64,000 bases of DNA from Octopus bimaculoides (lineage: Eukaryota): positions 60,703,243-60,767,242 of the forward strand of contig NC_068992.1 of the NCBI RefSeq assembly GCF_001194135.2, given 5' to 3'. The notes beneath the pieces are model-generated. The model was not told the DNA's origin. It made no database searches and saw only the letters and a program-made list of their open reading frames with translations. Positions 36,941 through 52,211 of this stretch are shown piece by piece. Made by a program: the position numbers and the translations under genes. Numbering within the stretch: position 1 is the stretch's first letter; the number at the start of each line of letters is the position of its first letter.

Positions 36941-38087
36941 ACTTGTATGTATTTAACTTTTTATGTACGTATTGGGAGGAAGATATATGAATGTCATCAT
37001 AAATCCAAATGTAAATATATNNNNNNNNNNNNNNNNNNNNNNNNNNNNNNNNNNNNNNNNNNNNNNNNNNNNNNNNNNNNNNNNNNNNNNNNNNNNNNNN
37101 NNNNNNNNNNNNNNNNNNNNNNNNNNNNNNNNNNNNNNNNNNNNNNNNNNNNNNNNNNNNNNNNNNNNNNNNNNNNNNNNNNNNNNNNNNNNNNNNNNNN
37201 NNNNNNNNNNNNNNNNNNNNNNNNNNNNNNNNNNNNNNNNNNNNNNNNNNNNNNNNNNNNNNNNNNNNNNNNNNNNNNNNNNNNNNNNNNNNNNNNNNNN
37301 NNNNNNNNNNNNNNNNNNNNNNNNNNNNNNNNNNNNNNNNNNNNNNNNNNNNNNNNNNNNNNNNNNNNNNNNNNNNNNNNNNNNNNNNNNNNNNNNNNNN
37401 NNNNNNNNNNNNNNNNNNNNNNNNNNNNNNNNNNNNNNNNNNNNNNNNNNNNNNNNNNNNNNNNNNNNNNNNNNNNNNNNNNNNNNNNNNNNNNNNNNNN
37501 NNNNNNNNNNNNNNNNNNNNNNNNNATATATATAATTGTATGTATGTATGTATATATATACGTGTGTATGTGTGTGTACGTATATCCACAGATATTCATG
37601 ATCTGGGTTCAAACACCAATGCAAATACTTTCGTTTAGCTGCGCCTTTTACGTGAATAACTCCGTTTTATTGATTATAATCATATTTCGGAAGTAGATTT
37701 CATACAGTAAATATCGACCTCTGAAACGTGGTGTCTATCAGATCGAAACAGCTTCATCTCATAATCCCTATCTTGTTATATTGCCACGGTATACAAAGTA
37801 TTTGCTGAAGCATTAATCATCAAAGTATCAGTTGATCTTCAGTGAGACAATTACAGTAAGGGTTCCATTGTTGTGTCTCTCCATTTGTATCCTATCGGCG
37901 TGGTTTATTACTATGTAACCAAAGGTCAGCGTGCAGCTCTAATTCCGTAACTGTGTAGTATCAATATCTTGAAATTATTCTAGACATGTGTCTATAGAAG
38001 ACTATGTTAGCCTTCGGTCAACATATATCTGAATGCAGCAACTTCTAATTTGCCATTGTTAACTGGTGCTTGCTTGTTTTATTACAG

Positions 38088-38110
38088 TATGAATCATTAT
38101 TTGAAGACGG
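38088..38110 (+). other. Candidate 23-nt micro-exon
   Basis: tgcttgcttgttttattacag|TATGAATCATTATTTGAAGACGG|gtgaga; splice signals only. Confidence 0.25.
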
Positions 38111-39219
38111 GTGAGATGAATGGCATGGAGTGTTGGGGATATTTTATAGCGCTTCGTGTATTTGATGACAACTTAACTATTAAGCTAATTATCCATTAGG
38201 ATAATTTACTAAATCTATGTGTGGGCGGAGGATTAATCAGCAATGAGATCACATCTATTTGTTTATTTCTAGAACAGCAGTTTCAGTTGAAATGACATTT
38301 AATTCCCAAAGCTCTAAGCATTTCTCTTAAAATATATAAATGCGTCAAACTAAATAGGGAAGCCTCACTGTGGTTGCCCAAAATGCTAAAAGTAGTAACC
38401 AAACCATCAGATCCCACAATATTATCTTTGAAATGTTTCCTCGAAAGAGGAAACAACAACACACTGGACGTACAGAGTAAACAATTGACGAAGACAAACA
38501 TTAATGGCCGTTAGGCCAAGACGCATTATAATGGGATAAATTTTGAAAGGATATAGAATAAATAGAAGAGAAGAAAATAGTAGAAGAAAAATAAAAGAAA
38601 AATTTTGGGAGGCCAGAAAAATGACGTCCAGCAAAGTGGACGTCGCTTCCAGAAAAAATGGAGGCGAGAGAAATGGCATGTAGTTACGTGGGAGGAAACA
38701 GGTAGAGGAGAAGGGGTACAAGAGAGAGGATGAGGGAAAGAAACAAAGGGAGTGGGGTGAAGGGAGGAGGAATGAAAGATAGTGGGGAGTGGAAGAAAGA
38801 TAGACCGGGGACAGCAAAGAAGGAGGGCTAGAAACGGAAAATAAAGAGGATTATAGAGGGATAGAGAGAAAGACAGAAAAGGAACAGAGAGTAGAGTCGC
38901 AGAAATTATAAATAAAAGTAAAAACTTACTGTGGACAAGGCTGTGGATACACATATAAACATATGCACATATATATATGCATGTACATGTATATACATAT
39001 ATNNNNNNNNNNNNNNNNNNNNNNNNNNNNNNNNNNNNNNNNNNNNNNNNNNNNNNNNNNNNNNNNNNNNNNNNNNNNNNNNNNNNNNNNNNNNNNNNNN
39101 NNNNNNNNNNNNNNNNNNNNNNNNNNNNNNNNNNNNNNNNNNNNNNNNNNNNNNNNNNNNNNNNNNNNNNNNNNNNNNNNNNNNNNNNNNNNNNNNNNNN
39201 NNNNNNNNNNNNNNNNNNN

Positions 39220-39255
<36 letters not shown>

Positions 39256-40568
39256 TGCGTGTGTAGCGGTCAAAATATTCAAAAGCTGGCGATAATATCA
39301 ACAGCAATCTCAATCTCGTTGGCTCTGCCTACTGTACAGTGGAAGCAGTAATTTCGAATAAATTTATTGCGCTCGAGCAAAATGTACATAGACGTAAATG
39401 AATGGTGACTTCTATGATTAAATCTGATTGATAAGTTTTCTTCTGGGTAAGAAATCCTATTTAATTTAAACTGACGCCACATACATTAGCAGTTAGCATG
39501 TGAAGAACCATATCTTTGGAATGTCAGTAATTGCTCTGCTAAATTTCTTCGAAAACAGAGATTGAATCATGTGATTATAAACATTATTTACCACACATTG
39601 CCTTCAGGAAGAAAATCCATTACTAGATTTTGTAGGTGAGTATTTACGTGGCTTTTTAAATCAATGATGTGATACTACTACTCAATGCGAAACCGCAAGG
39701 TAGTTATGAAAATAGAAATAAAATGAACATCCCAATTAGAGGAGTGGTATATATTTTCCGCATGATGCAAGATTTCTTCGAAACTAATCATTTCCATTTC
39801 TGTTTCCCGCTTGTTTCTTTTCTTTTGGTGTTCTGTTGCTGTGTAGCACCCAGCTAAAACCATGATCGAATTGACTTCTATTGAAAGAAACTCACAACCT
39901 CACCATCCTCGTTTCTCTATCATCGAATGCTTGGTATATGTAAGATTAAATTGTTCAACAGATAGCTTTCCTAATTTTAAGATGGTAAACTGTGACAGAC
40001 AGATAGACAGACAGACAGGCACACACAGATATACATATACTATATACATATATAAGAAAAAGAGATGACAAAGCAACAAATAATTATCTTATGAACTTTA
40101 TCAGCTTACAGCTGTTTGTGCTATAAGATGCAGTGAACTCATAGTTGAGTGCCTGAGTAACAAGTTATAGTTTCATGAGAGCCTTGAATATGAAGAGTAA
40201 TTCATTCGGGAAAAGATGTCTTGCAAACAACTCGCACATGCAAGTGCTACCAGTCGAGAACTCCGCATACCGGAAGCCAGCAAGTGTATGGGGTCATCAG
40301 GAGAGAATGCGCGCCGTTTTAGGGCCTACCTCTCGACGGCATCAATGCGCACCAGCCCCCCTCACTGATATGAGGCCCCGCTTGCTAGATCAAGTGGTTG
40401 TTAAATAAAGCTCAATATTTCTCTAGCCATCGATAGATATCTCAATAAACGAAAAGAAATCTCAATACCTAATGAAATCCACAACGATAATACTCAAATG
40501 AAAAGAAAAGCCATATACTGATACAATCTTTTAAGAACATTAATGATAATCTTTGGGTTTTGATAATA

Positions 40569-40726
40569 TAGGAAGCAGACGTGGCTTTGTGGTAAGAAGC
40601 TTGGTTCCAGGTTCAGTCCCACTGCGTGGCACTTTGGCAAGTATCTTCTACTACAGCCTCGGGCTGACCATTGTGAGCCTTGTGAGTGGGTTTTGCAGAT
40701 GGAAACAGGAAGAATCCCGTCATACA

Positions 40727-40757
<31 letters not shown>

Positions 40758-40770
40758 CTGTATGTGTGTT
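40569..40770 (+). mobile_element. SINE-like family A head
   Basis: gttcagtcccactgcgtggcactttggcaag...; ends in (TG)n. Confidence 0.8.
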
Positions 40771-41449
40771 TGCTTTCGCGCGCTCGTGGAGCTGTACGTA
40801 TGTAAAACAGCAGATGAGGAAACCATATGGCTGTCAGTGGTCAGTGTCGTAATGAAACGTTGAAACTAAAACTAAGCATACAAATTGTAAGTGTACCATC
40901 TTTATAGAGCCTAATGATTTTACGTCAGTTATATCATAGACCTAACTACAAGCGATTACGCTCCTATAACAACATGAATTTCAATCATAAAATAACCATA
41001 TTTGTAGAAAACATCACATCCAAAATATTGAAAATACCAACAATCACTCTATCATGAATAATAACGTGAAGCAAACAGAATTTTTTTGTTCGTTGTTTCC
41101 TAAAGGCTTTTAATGTTGTTGAGAAAATATTTCATTGAGAACTAATGACAAGGGAAATCTCAAAGGACAAAAATTGACATAACAACACTAATGATCAAAC
41201 AAATTGAGCTATTCAACCACAATCAATAATGATTTTAGTTATCCAATTAGAGTTCACCAGGAATAAAATTCTGACTTAGCATAGAAATAAACTAAGAAAC
41301 AACCCTTGTGGCCAATAAAAGAAATCATTATTATTCAGTGTTTTAAATTTGATCAAACAATTTGGTGAATGAACTGTCTCCCTCCGTCGATTCATAGTAG
41401 CAGACCCATCTATCAAATTAATATGCTATAACAAAAGATATAAATGAAT

Positions 41450-41651
41450 CTTTCTTTTATTTGTTTCAGTCGTTAGACTGCGGCCATGCAGGAGCACCGC
41501 CTTGAGTTTTTAGTCGAATGAATCGACCCAGTACTTATTTTTTAAGCCCGATACTTATTCTATCGGTGTCTTTTTGCCTAACCGCTGATTTATGGGGACA
41601 TAAACACACCAACACTGGTTGTGGAGCGATGGTGGGGGACAAACACAGACA

Positions 41652-41732
<81 letters not shown>

Positions 41733-41820
41733 ACATACACACACACACACACACACAAACACACATGCATACATATATATATACATATATACGTATATAC
41801 ATATATACGACAGGTGCTTT
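41450..41820 (-). mobile_element. SINE-like family A tail and (CA)n
   Basis: cggccatgcaggagcaccgcctt...ggtgggggacaaacac. Confidence 0.8.
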
Positions 41821-43698
41821 TCAAAATAGATTACAGGGAGAGCAATAAACTCCTCTAAAATAATATCGGTTGGACTATTAAATATTCGGTCATGAGTTGC
41901 TAAAGAGTAAATTTCAAATTTAATCTCAACCGATATCAGGAATTATTGACCTTATCAGGTGAATAATCTCTTGCAACAGCATGTGGCGGTAGTAATTATG
42001 GTCGAAACTAAAATTATAAAACTATTCTATTAGAAATAAAACATTAACAATTCAGTAAATGTATTTGTCCTCAAATTGACAGTGTTTAGAATATTTTCTC
42101 CTCCAGTTAGAATCAATTTGTAACGTGTTTGCAGCAATTTAGTTTCCCATGAGAATAAGAGGATGGAAAATGTTCGCAGTATACAATATAATTGTAATTG
42201 TCTTTAACTGTCTTCTAAATGTTATACCAAAATACTATGCCTAGAGAAGCCACAATCAACTCATTTTACTGAAAATATTTTTTACATCAATAATTCTATA
42301 TCTTCTCAAAAAGAATCGATAATTCCCAAGGTTCTTTAAAATACAGTGGCCTATAGAATGAGAGTAAACAAGAGATGGTGTTTGTACAATAGAACAAATA
42401 AATAACTATGAATAAGAAATAGTTGTCTGAGAACGGAGGTTGATACCAATACGGTCTGCTTCAGGACAATACTGATTTCTGAGAAAGGCTGTAGTTGATA
42501 AATTTGAAATTTTCTTCTTGGAAAAAGGCATTGAGGTTTATTCTATAAAACAGGGACGACAAGGGAAGCGGAAAAAAGCCTGCCGTCCCAACCTATAACA
42601 AAGAAAATATTTTATGAAATGTAGTGTAAATTATAACTATTGTCCTTATGTACTGAACAAAGAAAATCCAATGAAATGATGGAAAAAATATTTTAAAAAT
42701 CTAATTAATACCAAGGTAAAATTAGGTACTAAATGGATGAGACAATGTGTAACTATAAAAACTATTTAGCAACAAAGAGCAATTTGATTGATTTCACATT
42801 GAATTTTAACTAGGTTGATTTACATATATAACTTGCGATGGTGTGCGAGATCAACTATTGTCCATTCAGAGGCCATTCTGAAATTTACAATTTCCTAATT
42901 CTATAACACGAATCCTCTTGCATATAACTGCGTGAAGCAAGGATATATAAACGCATTATAATGTTCTTATATTTTTATCACTGAAAAACTGTCTCAATTG
43001 AGACATTAATTTTAAAGGCATTGATAAGGAATTTTTAATTTCCCTTTTCGATAATATCAATTTAGATTGAAAAAAAAAGAATTGATATGTTTAATAAAAC
43101 ACTTTATCGTGCATATAAATTCTACGATAACTGCTAATTATAAGATAACAAAATTAAGAAAATATAAATTTTTTTATCAGAATATAATGAAATTTATATC
43201 AATTGATTTTTTTAAATCGCAAAATCGCATAAAATTTAATTTACTTTTGTAGATATCTCTAACAAAAACGAGTATTTTTCCAGAACTTGCGTGATATATC
43301 CAATTAATTTATTTCGTTATAACATAAAAATCAATTATCAGATTTACATAATTAAAAGTGTGAGAAGAGAAAGAGAGAAAACTAAAGTATAGCTATTAAC
43401 TAATACAAAGTCATTGACGTTCAGGTAATAACCACAATTTTCTCTATATTTTCTTTGCATTATGCTTTACAATGTGATATCTTTAAATTAACATAATTAT
43501 AATGCACGATAGCATTGTTATGTTGGTACTTAGAAATATTATTCGCTTTTAATGCAAGTAAATATTGAGGCAAATTGGTTATGCTAGCGCTAGCTTATAA
43601 TTTAGATAACATATTTTATGTAATTATATAATATAGAGTTTTCCCATGAAAAAAATTATACACACTGATAACTTATTTAATAATCATTTTTGTTTTAG

Positions 43699-43979
43699 AT
43701 TTGACCCAGAAGAATCAATGAAGGAAACCAAACTAAGCTTTGAACAAAACAAATTATCCTAAAGTGTTACTGGAAATTCGAACAGACAAAGAGGAAATAC
43801 AGCTCAGGAGTTTCAAGCAGGTCCATCTGCGTGACTTGCGATCACTCTAATTAGAGATAAGTTTGAATCAAGTGGAATTGTTTAGTATGTCCACAAGAAA
43901 CGTTCCGGAACACCAAAGACATCGACGAGATTCACAAACTAAGAAATGGTACTAGAAAGGAATTGTCATATTTCAAGAG
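43699..43979 (+). other. Candidate exon (terminal coding or non-coding)
   Basis: tttttgttttag acceptor; only one frame stays open (FDPEESMKETKLSFEQNKLS*); possible donors at 43980 and 43989. Confidence 0.2.
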
Positions 43980-44574
43980 GTACGATAAGTGAGTCATAGG
44001 ATCTTCAAAATCAAATATCCATTGCATTTTGAAACGCTATCATTAAAAAAGTTATATTCTAAGTGTAGTCCATATTCTAAATGAGGACGATGCGTACCAA
44101 AGACGTTTTGTGAGTTTTACTTCGCAAGATGTGTAGGAAATGCATACTTTCCGACAAAAATTGCCTGATGTGATTAGGCTAAATTTTATTTGAATGTTTC
44201 ACTCAGCCGCCATAATTCTACCTAGTCATAACACAGAGTAGCATATTATATATAGAATTCCACAAAAAATGATTTATAAAAGTTGTACTAAAAGCATAAT
44301 ACGAACTTAAAATTAGCACACAGGTGTTTCAGTGATGTATCTCTCTATACATACATACATGCATACATGCATACATACATACATACATACATACATGCAT
44401 ACATGCATACATACATACATACATACATACGAATCTGTGCGTGACCTGCTGACTATGAATTTACAAGGATCAATCGCAATTCAAAATTATAGTAATCTCC
44501 CGTATTCTAAAACTTCTATATGTAAATATGCATGATTGCATATGTACACACACACACACACACGCGCGCATACG

Positions 44575-44605
<31 letters not shown>

Positions 44606-44863
44606 ACACACACACACACATATGTGTTAACTTTTTAAAAGACGAAACAATCCAAGTTATATGAAATCATACAAGTCGATGGTTTGCACTTTTACCTTGT
44701 ATTTCAATATTTCGGAGATAGAATAATTTCTTTAGAAAATTTTCGGAGATACTCTGTGTAGGAGGAGGGTTGCTCTGCACGCGCAGAGAGCGTTGCTCTA
44801 GTATCCAATAGCCAATCAGCTGCGTGCAATCCGGTACTGTTGTTAATATGTGCATCGGTCTTT

Positions 44864-45080
44864 AAGGCGGCTAGCTGGTAAAAATGTTAGCACCCCGGCT
44901 GAAATGCTTCCCGGTATTTCGTCTGTCTTTAGATTCTGAGTTCAAATTCCGCCGAGGTTGACTTTGCCATTCATTCTTTCGGGGTCAATAAACTAAGTAC
45001 CAATTGCATACTGCAGTCGATCTAATCGACTGGCCTCTTCTCCCAAAAAATGTCGGGCTTTGTGCCTAGAATAGAAAAGA
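44864..45080 (+). mobile_element. SINE-like family B, near full length
   Basis: B-box gagttcaaattcc, body gccgaggttgactttgcc...gtcgatctaatcgact...tgtgcctagaatagaaaaga. Confidence 0.85.
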
Positions 45081-45884
45081 CTATGTGCCTCGGTCTTGCT
45101 AATTATGATAACACTTTTTTTTATATAAGACTCATTACATTTGCTACCTATGTTTTTATGCATTACGTCCTTACTCTGAACTATTTCAATAGAAATTGAC
45201 AATATAAAACATCGACTTGTACAGCTTCTTATAATTCGCAATGTTTTGGCTTTAAGGTACAAATAAAAACATTCATGTATATCAAATAATACTTCACATA
45301 AAGCATACTACTCATGTGGGGGGGCGCATGTGCTTGTGTGTGCGCGCGTGCGAAACTCGTAAAGAAATGTATCTACTCACACTTACTCGAGTTCTGAGTT
45401 GTGTACCAAATTATGTTTCAATATACTTTACATATATTTTGTAACTATTACTTTACGATATATGAATCCTTGTATTCATGTTTATATAAATACATGCGTG
45501 TGTGTTTGTGTAAATGTCTATGTATATACATAGAGTAGGTCATTTGTTGTTCCTTTTCATTGCAAAAGAATGAACCATCTTGCCATGAATAATTTCTAAT
45601 TCTTTCTCGTTAGTGAAACTGTTTTGAATAAGTACATCATATACATATATATATATATATATATATGAGTAAAAATACTGGAGAATCAGTATAAATAACG
45701 TGGCAAAATTATGAGTTGAAAATATGTGGAAAACATAAATAAAAAGTGGAAGAGAAATGCCTTCGTTTCACATAGTTTAATATCTTTTCATAAATTTTTT
45801 ATATATATATACACATTTTACACGCACACACACATACATATTTGATTTGATTTTCTCATTATAATAATGTTCGTGAGGGTGTAC

Positions 45885-45928
<44 letters not shown>

Positions 45929-46376
45929 GCATGTATATATATACGTACATATATATGTGTGTGTGTGTGTATAATGTAAGATAAATACCTTTATCAATGG
46001 ACACTCTCCATATATATATATGTATGTGCATAAATGTGCGCGTGCGTGTTTGTGAGTGTGCTTCTGTGTGTGCAATGGACTATCACAAATAAAACAAACA
46101 TTAGTGAATACATGAACTCGTATGACCTTGTATGTGTCTTAGTTGATCGTTGTTCCGGACATGACTAATTCAAAGACTCCACCTGGTCAGTGAATACAGT
46201 TCTTTAGATGCAGCGCCATTTTTATTTCTTCTTCTTTATCTAGGTGCAATGCGTTTTGTGTTGAATGTGTTGGAGAAATTTGCCAACATGAAATTAGAAT
46301 ATGTTAATATCTACGGCTTCCTTTCATCTATTTATAAAGTGATATTGGATAGAACGAGCCCAATTAATGCAAAATA

Positions 46377-46433
<57 letters not shown>

Positions 46434-46926
46434 GCTGCTGCTGCTGCTCCTGCTGCTGTTGTTGATAATGATGATGATTCATCTCCCTACCACCCGCTCA
46501 CCTCATTTGTGTTCTATTTGAGTAGATCTATGTCCTGAAATATTCCAGTGCAGATCATTTCTTATTCTTTTCATATATATTATATGCCCAGTATTCTTCA
46601 TTTTGTCAAGCAATAGAGTCTAGCATGAGTAATAGCTTAATGCTATGACTAGAAAGCCATGCGACGGCATGGAAGCTCCATACTTAACCTGAAAGTAAAA
46701 TGGTTGCGGATTACTGTGGTGACGTACTACGATCGTAAGAGTTCCCGACCTTAGGTAATTTTTCTAAATGTATGTTTGTACAGTCGCTGGATCGCTTATC
46801 TACTGCCGCAGCCGATTAAACATTTATGTTTCGTTCGAAATGTTCTCTTGACCTTTTATTTACTTCTGTCATTGGACTGCAGCACCACCTAGAAGGGTTT
46901 AGTTGAACAAATAACTCCAGTACTTA

Positions 46927-47687
46927 ATCATCATCATCATTCATCATCATCATTCATCGTCATTCATCATTCATCATTCATCATCATTCATCATCATTCA
47001 TCATTCATCATTCATCACTCATCATTGTTCATTATTCATCATTCATCATTCATCATTCATCACTCATCATTCATCATTCATCACTCATCATTCATCATTC
47101 ATCATTCATCATTCATCATCATTCATCGTTCATCATTCATCATCATTCATCGTTCATCATCACTCATCATCATTCATCATTCATCATTCATCATTCACCA
47201 TCATTCATCATTCATCATTCACCATCATTCATTATTCATCATTCATCATCATTCATTATTCACCATTCATCATTCATCACTCATCGTTCATCATTCATCA
47301 TTCATCATGCATCACTCATCGTTCATCATTTATCACACATCATTCGTCACTCATCGTTCATCATTCAGTTACAGCTACCCAATGTTTCACTGGTACTTAA
47401 TCGTTCATCATTCATCATTCACCATCATTCATTATTCATCATTCACCATCACTCATCATTCATCACTCATCGTTCATCATTCATCATTCATCACTCATCG
47501 TTCATCATTCATCACTCATCGTTCATCATTCATCATTCATCATCATTCATCATTCATTATCATTCTTCATTCATCATCATTCGTCATCATTCATCATTCA
47601 GTATCATTCATCATTCAGTATCATTCATCATTCATCATCATTCGTCACCATTCATCATTCATCATTCATTGTCATTCATCGTTCATC

Positions 47688-47718
<31 letters not shown>

Positions 47719-47945
47719 CATCATCATTCATCATTCATCATCATTCATCATTCATCATTCATTATCCATCGTTCATCATTCATCATTCATCATTCATCAT
47801 TCATCATCATTCATCCATCATCATTATTCATTCAACATCATTCATCATCATTCATCCATCATCATTCGTCAATCATCAATCATCAGTCATCAATCATCCA
47901 TCATCCATCATCCATCATCATCATCATCGTCATTATTATTATTAT
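46927..47945. repeat. ~1-kb mixed (TCAT)/(TCA) simple-sequence array
   Basis: Visible in the sequence; source of the His/Ser/Ile ORF. Confidence 0.95.
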
Positions 47946-47949
47946 TGAA

Positions 47950-48156
47950 AACAGCAATCTGGTGCAATCGTTAGCGAGCTGGACGAAATGTTTAATGTCA
48001 TTTAGTGCATCTATACAATTGAGTTCAAACGCTGCCGAGGTCGACTTTGCCTTTTATCCTTTTGGAATCGATTAATTAAGTACCAGTGAAACATTGGGTA
48101 GCTGTAACTGACTAATTTCCTCCTGCAAAATTTCAGTCCCTATGCCTATTGTAGAA

Positions 48157-48243
<87 letters not shown>
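47950..48243 (+). mobile_element. SINE-like family B followed by (AGT)n
   Basis: gagttcaaacgctgccgaggtcgactttgcc... Confidence 0.8.
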
Positions 48244-48244
<1 letters not shown>

Positions 48245-48381
48245 AGGTGGTGAATCACTACATAAACTCTGATCCATTGATCTTTATATTTAATTACATC
48301 ATTTTCTCCCTCTTTCCCCTCTCTCTTCCCCCTCTCTCTTCCCCCCTCTCTCTCTCTCCCTATATATGCGTGTGTGTGTGT

Positions 48382-48417
<36 letters not shown>

Positions 48418-48774
48418 CCTATATTTGAACATTAGTTTAAAATTATTTCAGTGTTATTACACATGGCAAATTTGTCCGCTCACTTTTCAATTCTTACAGT
48501 CTCCACTTTAATAATCCATGACGTAATGGACAGCAATATTCTCAATGTGCTCAGTTAAAATTAAGGCTACAAACAAATTAAATGTTTTCTCTTTCTCGTG
48601 GTAAATGCTTTCTAAGTATTCAAATGCATTTTGGCTGTAAAATAATTATTGCTATATACACGAGCTTTACCATTTATTTTTTTTTATCGAGAAAATCATA
48701 TGCATCTAAGTTTATAATGGGTTCTAATAGATCTCACATAACTGAAAAATGATATTAAAATAAACAAATATAAG

Positions 48775-49096
48775 TCAGTATAAAAGACACCCTTCGACCA
48801 TGAATGACCATAGGATTGCACCTTGAAAGTTACCCTCCGAGGCACAAGTCCGAGGAAGATTGTCTATGGAAGACCAGCCTCCCTTCTCCATACACCAATG
48901 TTATCTAAAGGAAAGGTTAAAAACATCTTGGCACCAGTGACGACGTCGCAACACATTTCTGCAGCTAAATGAATTGGAGCAACGTGAAATAAAATGTCTT
49001 GCTCAAAATCACAACACACAGCCCAGTCCGGGAATCGAACTCACAACCATATGATTGTTAGCCCGATGCTCTAGCTACTGAGCCATGCACCTTCAC
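48775..49096 (-). mobile_element. tRNA-derived SINE family D, near full length
   Basis: Reverse: A-box TGGCTCAGTAG, B-box GTTCGATTCC, then a central ttgagcaagacatttt region resembling CORE/Meta-type SINE domains. Confidence 0.8.
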
Positions 49097-51949
49097 ATAA
49101 TCCAGTACGGGAGTAGTTTATACTATAATTATTGAAAAAAAAACCCAAAGAACTTTCTTCCATTTAATTTCATTTTCTTCTCTTAGATGATAGAAATTGA
49201 CATGAGATTCTAAAAAGGGAATGGTTAGTTCTGCTCTAGTGTAACTTTTAGATATGTATTGTTGAAGTATTTTCATATTTTTCAGATATTAATATTGTTT
49301 TCTTATTTATATATTGTGTTGATATCTTTATTATTTTCCTTTTCTGTGTTATTTTCCAAACTGCATGGTTTTAAATTCTTTGTTATTTTTAAATTTTAAC
49401 ATCGATATTTTTATAATATTTTCAGACCTTTATGTTATTTTCGAATCTTTGAATTTAAATTACTTTCGATCCTCAAACCGTTCCGCCAATCCACCGACCT
49501 GAATTGGTAGTTTTGTTTATTTATTTATTTATTTATTTATTTATATCGACCCCCTAAACGATGAACGACTACCGCCACCACCAAACCCCAGTGCCCCACT
49601 GCCCCACCACACTCATCTTCGTATAATTTAGTTTCAAATCACGCTATCTCAAATCTTTATTTTATGCACAGTCAGAAAGAATTAGGTTATACTGCACAGA
49701 ACCTCATAGACGAGGTCCATTTTTATTGGAATCAAGAAATACTACTCATCAATATTTACCGATCTTCAACATTCCTATACTTCCAGCAACATTCTGAATA
49801 CTATTGATCAGTAATTGATTTATCCGGCATAATAATTTTCTTTAAATGTCGATATTTGTTAGCATCCGGAACAGATACCCATGATCCACTATGCCTTGTA
49901 ACTTTGCTGCAATCCAAGTAGAGAATGTCTGCGTTTGACTTATTTCCGGGACGTTTAATATAGAAAGAAATTGGTTAAAGAAATCGCTGCCAGGCCGAAA
50001 CACTGTTGTCTCGGCTATTTGTTAAATTACTATTTGCAAGGTTATGGGTAATTTTGGAAGAATGTTAATACCTTGAACGAATTAGATTATACATGACAGG
50101 AGAAACACGGGTGATAATTACATGCAGTGACATGTTAATTTTCTTCAAGATTGAAATTACAATTGTGAGAGAAACGTTTAGGCTGTACAACTACATAACG
50201 GGGTTCCAAATCGCCATTAGACATACACAGATATATGCACACATATTCACACATGAAAAATATGTATTTATATATGTATTTATATACATATATATGTGTG
50301 TGTATATGTATGTGTCTGTCTCTGTGTGTGTTTGTGTGTGCATATGCATATTTATACACAAAGATATAAATGACAAATGAATGAGAGTGAGAAGCAAAAG
50401 AAACAGGCAGGTCAAAATATAAAAGAAAGAAGATAAATAACGCATATGTGTGTGTGTGTATGTATGTATACATGCATATGTATACAGATATATATTGTGT
50501 ATATATATTGTGTATATATATGTATGTNNNNNNNNNNNNNNNNNNNNNNNNNNNNNNNNNNNNNNNNNNNNNNNNNNNNNNNNNNNNNNNNNNNNNNNNN
50601 NNNNNNNNNNNNNNNNNNNNNNNNNNNNNNNNNNNNNNNNNNNNNNNNNNNNNNNNNNNNNNNNNNNNNNNNNNNNNNNNNNNNNNNNNNNNNNNNATAT
50701 ATATATATATATATATACATTCATATATCATACGTATATGCACACAATATCCACTATGCAAGTATATATGCATTTATGTGTGCATATATCATTTGTACAT
50801 TAGTATACCTATGTGTGTGTGTGTGTGCATCCACATTTGATATTTAAATTGACTCTTTTTCTTTATCTATGTGATAGCTTCCAATTCAATTAACTAATAG
50901 GAAAATGTTCCATGACATATTTAAATCCCGCATAAGTTAATGTAAGCTAATACAAATCCAAAATATGGTTGGCAGAGATAATGAACAGTAATTAGATTTA
51001 CATAACTCAATACTGTTCGATATTGTTGACTATTTTGTGAATAGACTTTTCTCAGTATTCTTTGCACGGTGTGAGAGGATGCTGGAAATGGATGTAGACT
51101 TACATTTATTCCGTATTTAATTGAAATTAATGATTTGTAGCTCTATTGCTCTTTTATTTCGAGAATTATGTCTATTAAGTTCCTTCTCACAACAAATGTT
51201 ATAATCTAAATGAATTTTGGTTTCGTACGCTTAAGAACACTTGTGTTTTGTGTTTTATCTCGTTTTGTCCTTTATTATTTGATATTATCTTACCCAGCAA
51301 TATAACTACATACGAAACAACTTGGAGACCCATACATGGTTGCTGCGCTTTATTGCTAAAAAGAAATAGAAGCACAATTTGCATAATACAGACCTAAATG
51401 TGAAATGCCAGACAGAAGTATAAAACTGGAATTACATAATAACCCTTTCTCCTAGACCTGTTTGATCATGACTACTCTAGGATGACACAATACAACCACA
51501 AACGAAATTACATAGCTACAGATTTTCAGCATTGCGACATTTATATGAATGCAATGTATAACGATGTAGCTGTCAGTCTACGTTTTCAGTTATTACACGC
51601 ATGCAATGATTCTCTGATGTGGTCACACCACTTGCTAGAAATAGCAGCATGATCTTTCTCAAATAACAGCCTACTTTTCTTTAGAAATGGAATGTCATGT
51701 TCGTTAACGTACACCTCGGCTGATTATCTCTGAAAAGTAGATAGGATGATATCGTTTGGAAAGCCTTTAAACGTAAATTTGCTTGATAAAAGTTGATTTA
51801 AGATGAAACAACAAGACTATAACTCTAGATTATGTATGAAACGTGTTTCATATAAACACAAGCGATTTAATACCATAAAGTTAGCGTTTGATCTGCGTCG
51901 GTACGATAAATATATATCCAAAGAAGATCAGAACAGAAAGAGGGCAATA

Positions 51950-51959
51950 ATGATGAAGT

Positions 51960-52013
<54 letters not shown>

Positions 52014-52098
52014 CGACGACGACGACGACGACGATGATGGTGGTGGCGGCAGCAGCAGCAGTAGCAGCAGTAGCAGCAGTAGCAACAGTAGCAGCAGC

Positions 52099-52157
<59 letters not shown>

Positions 52158-52163
52158 AGATAG

Positions 52164-52211
<48 letters not shown>

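Noticed and set aside
47025-47948. 307-aa His/Ser/Ile ORF
   Set aside because: Translation of a TCAT/TCA array, which lacks stops in this frame by composition.
49025-49092. tRNA gene
   Set aside because: A and B boxes are present, but the cloverleaf is broken and it continues into a SINE body.
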